A DNA stretch of 32,712 bases from Bdellovibrionota bacterium (GCA_044345055.1 JBIJBT010000026.1:1-32712), one strand, 5' to 3'. Shown: positions 9,655 to 18,513, numbered from the stretch's first letter. Made by a program: numbers and translations. Notes: generated by a model from the letters alone, not told the origin.

Positions 9655-10155
9655 ATGTCACTTAACAAAGTATTGCTGATCGGAAATCTGGGTAAAGATC
9701 CTGAAACTCGTCAATCGAACTCAGGAATAACTATCTGTAACGTTACTATCGCAACAAAAGATAGACGTCGCGATCAGGCTGGCAATTGGTCAGATCACAC
9801 CGAATGGCACAACGTGGTTTGCTTTGGAAAGGTGGCAGACAACGTAAGTAGATTCATGCGAAAGGGAAAGCAGGTTTACGTTGAGGGCAAGCTTCAAACT
9901 CGAAAGTGGCAAGACAAAGAGGGCCGCGATCGATACACAACCGAGATAGTGGCCGACTCTATTCTCTTCTTAGGTACTAAGCAGGAGATCGGAGGAGAGA
10001 GCGATATGGGGCACGATGTGCCTATGGCGCAAGCCGCGAATGCGCCCACAGTATTTGCATCACTAAAAAGCGCTGACTCTATCGCGACCGGAAACGCCAT
10101 GGGCGGCGGCTCTGCCGGGGATATATCGTTCGATGACGATGATATTCCTTTTTAG
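9655..10155 (+). CDS. ssb: Single-stranded DNA-binding protein
   Basis: SLNKVLLIGNLGKDPE, TEWHNVV, acidic tail DDDDIPF; RBS GGAGGAG. Confidence 0.98.
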   Translation: MSLNKVLLIGNLGKDPETRQSNSGITICNVTIATKDRRRDQAGNWSDHTEWHNVVCFGKVADNVSRFMRKGKQVYVEGKLQTRKWQDKEGRDRYTTEIVADSILFLGTKQEIGGESDMGHDVPMAQAANAPTVFASLKSADSIATGNAMGGGSAGDISFDDDDIPF

Positions 10156-10189
10156 TGCAAGGGGTCAGTAGGAAAATCGAGGAAACGAG

Positions 10190-12130
10190 CTACTCTTCGA
10201 GAAGCTCTGGAAGGCCTACAAAATTCTCCAATGCCTCTGGATTGGACAATGACTCGCGATTTTTTACTGCCTCGCCGTTGATTGTTTGCTTCACCGCAAG
10301 CTCTACGAGTTTTCCGCTTCGGGTGCGGGGTATCTCGGGAACGGCGATTATTTTGCGAGGCACATGAAACGGCGAGGCGTTTTTTCGAATTGCAGAACGA
10401 ATCTCCTCTCGGCGCGAATCGGTAAGCTTTTCGCCGGGAGTGAGAACAACAAAGAGTATGATACGTTCATCTGAGTTCCACCTTTGACCAACCGCGATGC
10501 AATCAGCGACAAAAGGAATGTGCTCTACTTCACGGTAAATCTCGGCGGTGCCGATTCTTACACCCCCCGGATTAAGAACAGCATCTGATCTTCCATAAAA
10601 GATCATCCCTCCTTCCGGAGTTAGCTCAACGTAATCGCCGTGATGCCACACTCCGGGGAAGCGGGTAAAATAGGCTGCAGTAAACCGTGTGCCATCTGGA
10701 TCGTTCCAAAATCCGAGCGGCACTGTGGGAAAAGGAGCGGTACAGACCAGCTCCCCCCGTTCTCCGACAACCGGCTCTCCCGAATCATTCCAAACCTCCA
10801 CGGCAAGTCCGATGCTTCTCATCTGTAGCTCTCCCTTAATAACGGGAAGGTCAGGGCAGCCAAGAGCAAAGCACCCAACGATATCGGTTCCACCACTAAT
10901 CGAGCAGATCTGAGCTTTTGGAGAAATGGCACTACCGATAAAATCATACTGATCGGGAAGAAGAGGGGAACCAGTGGAGAGGACGGTACGAATTGTGGAT
11001 AAATCGAAGATCTCGATCGGTTTTTTGTGATTAGACTCGAGGAGTCGCAAAAATTTCGGATTAGTTCCAAAAATAGTAACTTTTTCGCGCTCTGCAATCT
11101 CAAAAAGGGATAGCCCATCGTTGATGAGAGGCGATCCCTCGTAGAGAACAATACGAGGTCCTATCGCCAACGCACTGACAAGCCAGTTCCACATCATCCA
11201 ACCGCAGGTTGTTTGATAAAAAATGGTGTCATCTCTGCGCAGATCTCCGTGCAGAATGTGCTCTTTTAAATGCTCAAGCAGAACTCCACCTGCGCGATGA
11301 ATGATCCCTTTCGGCTTGCCCGTTGTTCCCGATGAAAAAAGAACGCACAGCGGCGCATCAAAGGGGAGTTGCGCAAAGGAGATATTGGCGATACTGCCAA
11401 ACGAATCAAAGGGAGTAACGGGTAAATTCGTCGGCAAATCCGTTTTATCGTCGCCCAGAAAAGGAACAAGAATGAGATGCTCTATCGAGGGTACCGCTGA
11501 GACTATCGCGGCAACTCGATCAAGGAGAGGAATAGCCTTTCCTTTGAAGATATACCCATCAACCGTAAGTAAAACCCGAGGCGCAATCTGACCAAATCGT
11601 TCGATAACTCCGGCTACTCCAAAATCGTTAGATGCCGTTGAGCATATAGCCCCGATAGATGCCGCCGCGAGGTAGAAAATAACCGTCTCGGGAATATTCG
11701 GCATCAACGCGGCAACACGGTCTCCTTCTCCGATGCCCGCTTGCCTCAACCCCTCTGCCACTCGAGCCGTCTCGGACCGAAGCTCTGCATAAGTTAATAC
11801 CCGCCTCGAACCATCTTCTCGGTATGAAACGAGAGCCTCTTTTTCATCGTCGAAGCGGAGGAGATTTTCAGCTATATTCAGGCGAGCCTTCGGAAACCAG
11901 GAAGTATCAGCAAATGTTTTCCCTAAAATAAATGGAAAATCTGCAGGAGACGATCCAATGACTCCGCAGAACTCCCAAACGAGGGGCCAAAAAATTTGGG
12001 GGTAAGTCGTTGACCAAGAGTAGAGGGAGGAGACTGAATCCCCGCAAAATCCGCGCTCTCTGGCGAGCTCCATAAATTCGTGGAGTTGGGATGGTCTTGG
12101 TGTTGAGGAAAGGGGGAGGGAGCAGTTCAT
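10190..12130 (-). CDS. Acetoacetate--CoA ligase (AMP-forming)
   Basis: FSSGTTGKPK P-loop, TTCGWMMWNWL, SISGGTD, WHHGD, GRSDAVLNPGGVRIGTAEIY, PRTRSGKLVE. Confidence 0.93.
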   Translation of the reverse strand: MNCSLPLSSTPRPSQLHEFMELARERGFCGDSVSSLYSWSTTYPQIFWPLVWEFCGVIGSSPADFPFILGKTFADTSWFPKARLNIAENLLRFDDEKEALVSYREDGSRRVLTYAELRSETARVAEGLRQAGIGEGDRVAALMPNIPETVIFYLAAASIGAICSTASNDFGVAGVIERFGQIAPRVLLTVDGYIFKGKAIPLLDRVAAIVSAVPSIEHLILVPFLGDDKTDLPTNLPVTPFDSFGSIANISFAQLPFDAPLCVLFSSGTTGKPKGIIHRAGGVLLEHLKEHILHGDLRRDDTIFYQTTCGWMMWNWLVSALAIGPRIVLYEGSPLINDGLSLFEIAEREKVTIFGTNPKFLRLLESNHKKPIEIFDLSTIRTVLSTGSPLLPDQYDFIGSAISPKAQICSISGGTDIVGCFALGCPDLPVIKGELQMRSIGLAVEVWNDSGEPVVGERGELVCTAPFPTVPLGFWNDPDGTRFTAAYFTRFPGVWHHGDYVELTPEGGMIFYGRSDAVLNPGGVRIGTAEIYREVEHIPFVADCIAVGQRWNSDERIILFVVLTPGEKLTDSRREEIRSAIRKNASPFHVPRKIIAVPEIPRTRSGKLVELAVKQTINGEAVKNRESLSNPEALENFVGLPELLEE

Positions 12131-12275
12131 GAGTGTCCACCTAAATAGCAGTAGCAGGATGGTCTCAATGAGACTCGCCTGCTACTGAAATATAGAATGA
12201 ACGCTAGCCGCTTCAGCTTTTATGCACCAGAGATAATCCGCTGTAGCAATTTCCGAATGCGGCTATTTGACCGCC

Positions 12276-12521
12276 TTAGCTCTTTGCTGAATCGGTGCTT
12301 GAAGCAGCAGTTGCTACATCGTCGCGGCGGACATATTTCTTCTTAAGCTTTGAGAGCTTTTTTTCGCCGAATGTTACATGACGACGAGCTATCGGATCGT
12401 ATTTCTTAAGAGAAATTTTGCCTTCTTTCCGGCCCTTTTTCTTATTGCGACGGAAGGAATAGAAGAATCCCGAGCCTTCCTCGGACATCATGAAGACGGT
12501 CTCTTTATTTGCTTTTGCCAT
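12276..12521 (-). CDS. rpmG: 50S ribosomal protein L33 (Cys-free type) with C-terminal extension
   Basis: MAK..GSGFFYSFRRNKK..KISLKKYDPIARRHVTFGEKK. Confidence 0.9.
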   Translation of the reverse strand: MAKANKETVFMMSEEGSGFFYSFRRNKKKGRKEGKISLKKYDPIARRHVTFGEKKLSKLKKKYVRRDDVATAASSTDSAKS

Positions 12522-12834
12522 GATCGAATACCAAAAATGCCGAATAACGGAACTTAAAACAAAACAGAAATTAAAACACTGCCCCTACTATCTGCCCTTC
12601 AGACCGCAGAGTAGATACCACAGAGTAGAGATGCCACGAGACGGTTCAATACCAAACAGGCTGCGGCAGAATGCCTTAAACTAGGAAAGATGGCAACGTC
12701 ATGCCTTTAAAAAACCCCTCAACCGTTGACCACGACCGCTACTATCGCTTTATACTGTTGGCCCCATACTTCTGGTCTCGGCTTATATTGACCAGATTGT
12801 ACCGAGCCGATCTTCCGCAGGGAGCATTTCCATC

Positions 12835-14106
12835 ATGTCGATACCACTACAAGAGCTCAAAGGGCTCCATCTTATTCACGATCATACCGATGCAGAGACA
12901 CTCGCAGCGCTCCCAAAAGGAACTCCTTTTTATCTAGGTGTTGATCCTACCGCCCCATCTCTTCATCTGGGAAACCTTGTTCCATTCATGCTCTTGGTGC
13001 GGCTGGCCCGAGCCGGGCTTCGCCCGGTAGTCCTTTTTGGTGGCGCAACCGCGGCAATTGGCGACCCGTCAGGCCGTAACGCCGAAAGGCCGCTACTTGA
13101 ACAGGATGAAATAGCGAAAAACATCGAGAAAATGGAAGCTCAGGTGCGTGAGATAGCCGCTCGATGTGGAGTTGGAGAATGCGAGTTTGTCAATAATTCG
13201 ACCTGGACCGAGAATCTTTCGACATTGACTTTTTTGCGAGATATCGGAAAGCACCTCACCGTTAATTATATGCTCGCGAAAGATTCGGTGAAAAATCGTA
13301 TCGGCGGAGAGGGGATATCGTTCACCGAATTTAGCTATCAAGTGCTCCAAGCTTTTGATTTTTTTCACTTATATGTGACCAAGGAGGTTGCGCTTCAGAT
13401 TGGCGGTGCCGACCAGTGGGGAAATATAACGGGTGGTCTAGAACTTATTAGGAAAAAGGTCCTCGGCGGTCATGCTCACGCTATAAGTGTTCCGCTCTTG
13501 GTTGATGCTGAGGGGAAAAAGTTTGGTAAGTCAACCGGCGGGGGTTCTCTGTGGCTCGATCGCGCAATGGCTTCGCCCTTTAAGATCCACCAATACCTGA
13601 TAAATACCCGAGATGAGGACGCTTTACGGTATTTGCCGACCTTTTGTATCTGGCCGACAGATGTAATTACCAACACGATAGAGCGACATAAAGCTGCACC
13701 TCAAGACCGAATCGCTCAACATGCGCTCGCAGATGAGGTGGTCAGAATTATTCACGGGGATGATGCGGTTAGTGAAGCTCGACGGTGTGCTTCGGTGCTT
13801 TTTGGCGAATCTTTTGATGGAATATCTGACGACATGCTGCGTGAGATATTTGCTGATGTTCCTTCCCAGATAATCCCGCGGGAAGAAGCAGCGGCTCTAT
13901 CTATTGTTGACCTCCTCGTAAAGGCTGGCGTTACTCCTTCAAAGGGAGAAGCTCGACGACTCATTCAGGGCGGAGGCGCTTATCTTCAGAATAACCGTAT
14001 AGACGATCCTGCTGCTCAGCTTTCTCAAAGAGAGCTCGATCGGTCGTTTATCGTTCTTCGTTCAGGAAAAAAGAGATACTACCTCGTTGAGCTGGCAAGC
14101 TCCTGA
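12835..14106 (+). CDS. tyrS: Tyrosine--tRNA ligase
   Basis: YLGVDPTAPSLHLGN (HIGH), QIGGADQWGNI, KFGKS (KMSKS), C-terminal S4 domain SKGEARRLIQGG. Confidence 0.98.
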   Translation: MSIPLQELKGLHLIHDHTDAETLAALPKGTPFYLGVDPTAPSLHLGNLVPFMLLVRLARAGLRPVVLFGGATAAIGDPSGRNAERPLLEQDEIAKNIEKMEAQVREIAARCGVGECEFVNNSTWTENLSTLTFLRDIGKHLTVNYMLAKDSVKNRIGGEGISFTEFSYQVLQAFDFFHLYVTKEVALQIGGADQWGNITGGLELIRKKVLGGHAHAISVPLLVDAEGKKFGKSTGGGSLWLDRAMASPFKIHQYLINTRDEDALRYLPTFCIWPTDVITNTIERHKAAPQDRIAQHALADEVVRIIHGDDAVSEARRCASVLFGESFDGISDDMLREIFADVPSQIIPREEAAALSIVDLLVKAGVTPSKGEARRLIQGGGAYLQNNRIDDPAAQLSQRELDRSFIVLRSGKKRYYLVELASS

Positions 14107-14176
14107 TCAAGGCTACATCCTTAAATCGCATTTTCTCTTAATTTGACCGCCGAATTCGAACCTAAAACTGCTTTTT

Positions 14177-14213
14177 CCTAATGTCCGATAATTAACGATT
14201 ATCGGACATTAGG
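14177..14213. repeat. Perfect 16-bp inverted repeat with 5-nt spacer
   Basis: CCTAATGTCCGATAAT-taacg-ATTATCGGACATTAGG. Confidence 0.9.
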
Positions 14214-14275
14214 GGAGCAATAGCGACTTCTTACTACAGAACTAATTACGTATTTACATAGTACGTTTATCTTCT

Positions 14276-14335
14276 GACAAGTTTGGGAATACTTTTGTTC
14301 GGACAATTTTTGTCTCTTTATTTGGACAATTTTTG
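14276..14335 (+). promoter_or_regulatory. Putative enhancer (UAS) for a sigma54 activator such as PilR
   Basis: GGACAATTTTTG at 14301 and 14324, a related GACAAGTTTGG at 14276, and palindromic GACAA-TTT-TTGTC; 90-150 bp upstream of the -24/-12 element. Confidence 0.6.
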
Positions 14336-14370
14336 CTCATCGTAACTGTAAGAATATTCGGCAGAATCTC

Positions 14371-14383
14371 TAACAGTCTGAAA
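14371..14383 (-). promoter_or_regulatory. Putative IHF site between UAS and sigma54 promoter
   Basis: Reverse complement TTTCAGACTGTTA is one mismatch from WATCARNNNNTTR, at the expected position. Confidence 0.4.
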
Positions 14384-14422
14384 TCTATAAGCAATGAGAT
14401 CGCTCTTATGGTTAATCTGAGT

Positions 14423-14438
14423 TGGTATTTCGCTTGCT
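14423..14438 (+). promoter_or_regulatory. Sigma54 (-24/-12) promoter of the pilin gene
   Basis: TGGTATTTCGCTTGCT has GG-N10-GC spacing and resembles TGGCACG-N4-TTGCW; pilA genes are typically RpoN-dependent. Confidence 0.8.
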
Positions 14439-14606
14439 AAGAAAAGGATTAACGGCAGTTCTCAATGAACGGCGTTTTGTTGGGTGGCTTTTCGGCGCGG
14501 TTGCTTAACAGGTCTTAGGGAAAGGCGCTCGGGATGAGCGCTAGCGGAGGTTTAGGGACTAGGAAAAGAGCTAAATAGTTGTATCGTTCTGTGAAAAAGG
14601 TGTTGT

Positions 14607-15002
14607 ATGAAAAAATCGCAAAATCGTCAGAAAGGGTTTACGTTGATAGAGGTTTTGGTTGTTATCGGAATAATCGGCATCCTAGCCGCGATAGCGATTC
14701 CTCAGTTTGCTTCGTATCGCAAAAAGGGATTTGATTCAGTCGCTCGGAGCGACCTTAAAAATGCCGCAACTGCCGAAGAGGCAGCGTATGCGGATTCGGG
14801 AGCATATGTGGAGTGCTCTAGTCCCTCAGATTGCGCGTCAAAGCTTGCTGGATTTCGTTTCTCAAAAGCGATGACCGACGGCACTCTCAGTTTAAGCCCA
14901 ACTACCGGTGATTCCGGAGATGGATTCACTGGGTCGGCAAAGCATCCAGATGGAACGGTTACATTTAACTGGGACAGCCTCCAGGGCGGATTGCAGAATT
15001 AA
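14607..15002 (+). CDS. pilA: Type IVa major pilin (Geobacter PilA-like N-terminus)
   Basis: Class III signal QKG/FTLIE with E5; [17 protein letters not shown]; own sigma54 promoter and terminator. Confidence 0.85.
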   Translation: MKKSQNRQKGFTLIEVLVVIGIIGILAAIAIPQFASYRKKGFDSVARSDLKNAATAEEAAYADSGAYVECSSPSDCASKLAGFRFSKAMTDGTLSLSPTTGDSGDGFTGSAKHPDGTVTFNWDSLQGGLQN

Positions 15003-15004
15003 TG

Positions 15005-15042
15005 AAAAGCCCACTTCTGCTTGAAGCGGAAGTGGGCTTTTT
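15005..15042. terminator. Bidirectional rho-independent terminator
   Basis: AAAA-GCCCACTTCTGCT/AGCGGAAGTGGGC-TTTTT between convergent genes. Confidence 0.9.
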
Positions 15043-15080
15043 ACAAACGGTGTATAAGAAATCCAACTCCTAAATCGCAA

Positions 15081-16031
15081 TTACCGGCATTCAACTTTAT
15101 TCATTCCAACGTATAGAGAACCGGAAGGCGAATAGCTGGTAAACACATTCTCAAGCCCGGCTTCCTTCCCCCGCAAGCGGCATTGTATTCGATAATATTC
15201 ACCTGCTGAGGCGTTAGGAACCTTTAGGTCGTGGCACCATAATCCAGCTTCGGGAACACTTTTCACACAGCGACAGGTTTTGCGGACCCGGCTGTTTCTT
15301 ATCAGCTGGTTAAGTGGCTTTGAATTACACCTGTTCGTCGAGGAGGTTTCCACAGCCCGGATTTCAAAAAGCGCCGGAATTGGTGTGGGTTGTGGTATCG
15401 GTGCGTTATCGCCCAGCGGATCAGTGAATCCATTGTCAACGATGCGCCTCAAAACAGAATTTTTATCTATTTTTATTAGACGCGCCAATCCGTTAGTAAC
15501 CTGATATACCTGACATCGATACTCCACTTTACCCTGCAGACTTGGTTGTGTCCGCCAGCCTAGTCTCATCGTTCGGATAGTTTTATTGCCAGTTGTTTTC
15601 TTTTTTGTCGCATTCGCGATGAACTGACAGAATCGAACGCTTGCCTCTCGGGGATCGGCACACGATTGCGAAAAGGTATCTTGATATTGGCAGCCGCATT
15701 TACCTGGTTCTTGCTTCTGAGGATCTCTGTCGCAAAAATCCTGACCACACGCGACGGAACCATCACCGTCCTTGTCTTCCTCGAACGAAGATTCTGAGCA
15801 GGGTGTAGGGGTTATCGTGGGCGTTACGGTTGGGGTTACTGTGGGGGTCGGGGCGGGGTCATCTGATTGAGCATCATTGAGACCCACCGTACAGAGTACC
15901 ACGAAGACGAATAAACTACGGACGAAAATCGATGAAATGGATTCGCGGAACGATACTGCTCCCCTCCTCTTTAGACTGTTGTGTAGTTGGCTCGCAGTCT
16001 TGTAATCGATGCCAGCACTTTTCTGAATCAT
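15081..16031 (-). CDS. Cys-rich secreted or membrane-anchored protein with PT linker and TSP3-like Ca-binding segment (ORF open to 16088)
   Basis: Hydrophobic SLFVFVVLCTVGL, PAPTPTVTPTVTPTITPTP, DKDGDG..DFCDRDPQKQEPGKCGC. ATG at 16031 is preceded by GGGGGAAGAG. Confidence 0.7.
   Translation of the reverse strand: MIQKSAGIDYKTASQLHNSLKRRGAVSFRESISSIFVRSLFVFVVLCTVGLNDAQSDDPAPTPTVTPTVTPTITPTPCSESSFEEDKDGDGSVACGQDFCDRDPQKQEPGKCGCQYQDTFSQSCADPREASVRFCQFIANATKKKTTGNKTIRTMRLGWRTQPSLQGKVEYRCQVYQVTNGLARLIKIDKNSVLRRIVDNGFTDPLGDNAPIPQPTPIPALFEIRAVETSSTNRCNSKPLNQLIRNSRVRKTCRCVKSVPEAGLWCHDLKVPNASAGEYYRIQCRLRGKEAGLENVFTSYSPSGSLYVGMNKVECR
15801..15857 (-). repeat. Pro/Thr-rich coding repeat (TPTV units)
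   Basis: Degenerate 12-nt repeat encoding PAPTPTVTPTVTPTITPTP. Confidence 0.8.
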
Positions 16032-16084
16032 CTCTTCCCCCCAATAATTATTTCTTTGATTTATTGAATAACCAACCCGATGAC

Positions 16085-16846
16085 TCAAGGAATATCTCGC
16101 CGTTGAAACAACATAGCGCTACAACACATAACGGCCACCGCGAACTCTATTCCATACGTTATGGAAAAAACAAGCTTTAATGTGCTCGGAACTTCACCGT
16201 AGATGAGCCCATTGCCTACGTACAAACGCTCAAGGTCTGGCACCAGTGAGGGCAAGAGCGATAAGAACGACAAGTCAGACCCTACGGAGGTTTCTATCCA
16301 GGAATGAGAGCGGCCCGCTATAAAAAGACAGAGCGCCGCCATTCCGTTGAGGATCGGAGTAACGACAATTGTGGAAAAGAATATAGTAAAAGCGGCAACT
16401 ATCGCCACCTCACTAATGTTGCCCGGGATAGTCCAAAGGAGCCGCCAATCAAGGGCTCCATCGTCGAGGAGAGAACAGTATCCGATTGTTGTCACAATTA
16501 TCAGAAGATGAATCAACGAACCCACCAAGCAAAAGCCAAAAAATCGACCAAAAAGAAGCTCCCAACGGCGCAACGGGCGGGCAAGAAGAATCACTATAGT
16601 TTTTCTCCGAAGGTCTTTATCGAGAAATGTTGCACCGGTGATGATAACGGTGAGAATAGAACCAAACGAGGCGCCAGCAATTCCGATACTTTTGACAACA
16701 AGAACCGGCTCTCCGATGGTCGCGTGAGCGTATGGTGTCACCGCAAGAAGACACAGGAGAGCAAAACCAAGAACAGCTAAAAAGAGCCGACTACGGGCGG
16801 CCTCGCGGAACGTTGATACTGCTATCGTGACAACTCTTCGGATCAT
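16085..16846 (-). CDS. ABC-2 permease, PilI/XapB-like
   Basis: TIAVSTFREAARSR, DLRRKTIVILLARPLRRWELLFGRFFG, C-terminal FQRRD; multiple TM helices. Confidence 0.85.
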   Translation of the reverse strand: MIRRVVTIAVSTFREAARSRLFLAVLGFALLCLLAVTPYAHATIGEPVLVVKSIGIAGASFGSILTVIITGATFLDKDLRRKTIVILLARPLRRWELLFGRFFGFCLVGSLIHLLIIVTTIGYCSLLDDGALDWRLLWTIPGNISEVAIVAAFTIFFSTIVVTPILNGMAALCLFIAGRSHSWIETSVGSDLSFLSLLPSLVPDLERLYVGNGLIYGEVPSTLKLVFSITYGIEFAVAVMCCSAMLFQRRDIP

Positions 16847-16849
16847 TCC

Positions 16850-17794
16850 CTACCCCTCCTCTCGAGCAGTTGCAGTATCAACATGTGAAAGATAAAGATT
16901 TTCTAAAGTTTCCTCGCGTCTATTGAAAGAAATAACACGACGATCATTTCGTACTGCCCACTCGAGAGCTCGCTGCGCTTGTGCCTCATTATTAAATATA
17001 AGAGTGAGAAGATCGCCTCTACGATTAGAAGAACAGGAAAATACTTGCCAGATGTGATCATCATTACCGGATGATTCAACGCAAAGCTCTGCTCCCTTAA
17101 TCGATTGCCGCCGAATGTCAGCGAGAGAAAAAACTCCTTTCAGCTCACCGCGAACCATTATAGATACACGCTCGCAGAGATATTCGACATCGCTTAAAAT
17201 GTGGGAAGCCATGAATATAGTGACTCCCGCCGATCGTTGCTGTTCAAATAAATCTCTGATTTCGCGACGCCCAAGAGGATCGAGCCCTGAAAAAGGTTCG
17301 TCAAGGATTAATAATCGAGGGCTAGCGATGAGTGCCTGAGCGATTGCAACACGCTGAAGGAGGCCCTTTGAAAGGGTTTTTAGGGGCGCAGAGGCTCGCG
17401 CAGATAAACCCACCCGTTCAAGAATATCATTTACCTGACGATTTATATCTCGTCGGGGAACACCAGCAAGATCAGCGCCCATCCGGACCGCCTCTTTAAC
17501 CTTAAGATAATCGTAAAAATATGGATTCTCCGGAACATAACCGACACCTCTACGAGATTCGGGATCACCGCTACTAAGGCCAAAAATTTCTATCGAACCG
17601 GAAGTTGGTTGAACGAGTCCGAGGATATTTTTAATTGTTGTTGTCTTCCCTGCTCCATTATGTCCAAGAAAACCGAACGTTTCGCCAGCTCCAACTGAGA
17701 GAGAAAATGGATGTAGCGCCGCAATACGACGACCTGACCAGGTATCTCGGTAATGATAGCTCAAATTGCTGATAGAGAGGGCGTGAGAAGTCAT
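16850..17794 (-). CDS. ABC ATPase, PilH/XapD-like
   Basis: GHNGAGKTT, GYVPENPYFYDYL, LSKGLLQR, ILDEPFSGLDPLGR, SHILSDVE. Confidence 0.9.
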   Translation of the reverse strand: MTSHALSISNLSYHYRDTWSGRRIAALHPFSLSVGAGETFGFLGHNGAGKTTTIKNILGLVQPTSGSIEIFGLSSGDPESRRGVGYVPENPYFYDYLKVKEAVRMGADLAGVPRRDINRQVNDILERVGLSARASAPLKTLSKGLLQRVAIAQALIASPRLLILDEPFSGLDPLGRREIRDLFEQQRSAGVTIFMASHILSDVEYLCERVSIMVRGELKGVFSLADIRRQSIKGAELCVESSGNDDHIWQVFSCSSNRRGDLLTLIFNNEAQAQRALEWAVRNDRRVISFNRREETLENLYLSHVDTATAREEG

Positions 17795-18513
17795 GTGCCG
17801 TTTCGTTTTTTGGGCAATGAGCGGGGCGAATTTGCATCATTAGTGCGAAACTTCCCCATTAGCTCATCACGGCGTTTTTGAAGAGATGCTCGAGTTGCTT
17901 CATCGGATGTTCGAGAAATTAGTATATCAAGAAAAATTATCGCCTGTTCATCACCGTCAAGAGATGCGATCTGAGTTGCAGCAAGTCGCTTGATAATTGC
18001 TGGACTATCTTCAATAGATGCTGCTTTCATTAGATCAATCTGGGCTTCTTTTTTGTTTTTCAAAAAATGTAGCGAAAAAAAGCCCCGAAGATAAAATAGC
18101 ATCCAGTCGTTCGGATAGTGCTGTATAGACAATGTAAGAAATTCGCGGGCTCTTTCCGGTTTTTTTAGCTCCCATGCGAGCATCTGAGCGCAAAAAAGTG
18201 ATACGTGCCGCGCTTTTGGATTAAGAGCGAGGATACTGCTGCAGAAGGTATCGAGATGGCGAATATTGCGATCTCCCTCGATATGAGTGCCAAAATAGCT
18301 AATCGTTTTAAACCAGATGAGATCAGCTAAAACAGTTTGATAACCAAGACTCACGGAACGAGCCAAGTCAGGATCTGGTAGAAATAAAAGCTCTCGTTGC
18401 TGTAGCGGGTCGGATGCACTGAGAAATTTCTGGCGTTTCAGAAAATTGTGCGATACAGCTGTGCCACACAGGGAGAAAATGAGGATTAAGTGGATACAAA
18501 ACCGATTCATCAA
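17791..18513 (-). CDS. TPR-like membrane-anchored protein, PilG/XapA-like
   Basis: N-terminal TM, SLGYQTVLADLIWFKTISYFG, LNPK, YPNDWMLFYLRGF; stop overlaps the ATPase start (ATGA). Confidence 0.75.
   Translation of the reverse strand: MMNRFCIHLILIFSLCGTAVSHNFLKRQKFLSASDPLQQRELLFLPDPDLARSVSLGYQTVLADLIWFKTISYFGTHIEGDRNIRHLDTFCSSILALNPKARHVSLFCAQMLAWELKKPERAREFLTLSIQHYPNDWMLFYLRGFFSLHFLKNKKEAQIDLMKAASIEDSPAIIKRLAATQIASLDGDEQAIIFLDILISRTSDEATRASLQKRRDELMGKFRTNDANSPRSLPKKRNGT

Noticed and set aside
14251..14278. dif-like sequence TATTTACATAG-TACGT-TTATC
   Set aside because: Only one arm is loosely XerD-like; spacer and second arm do not fit.
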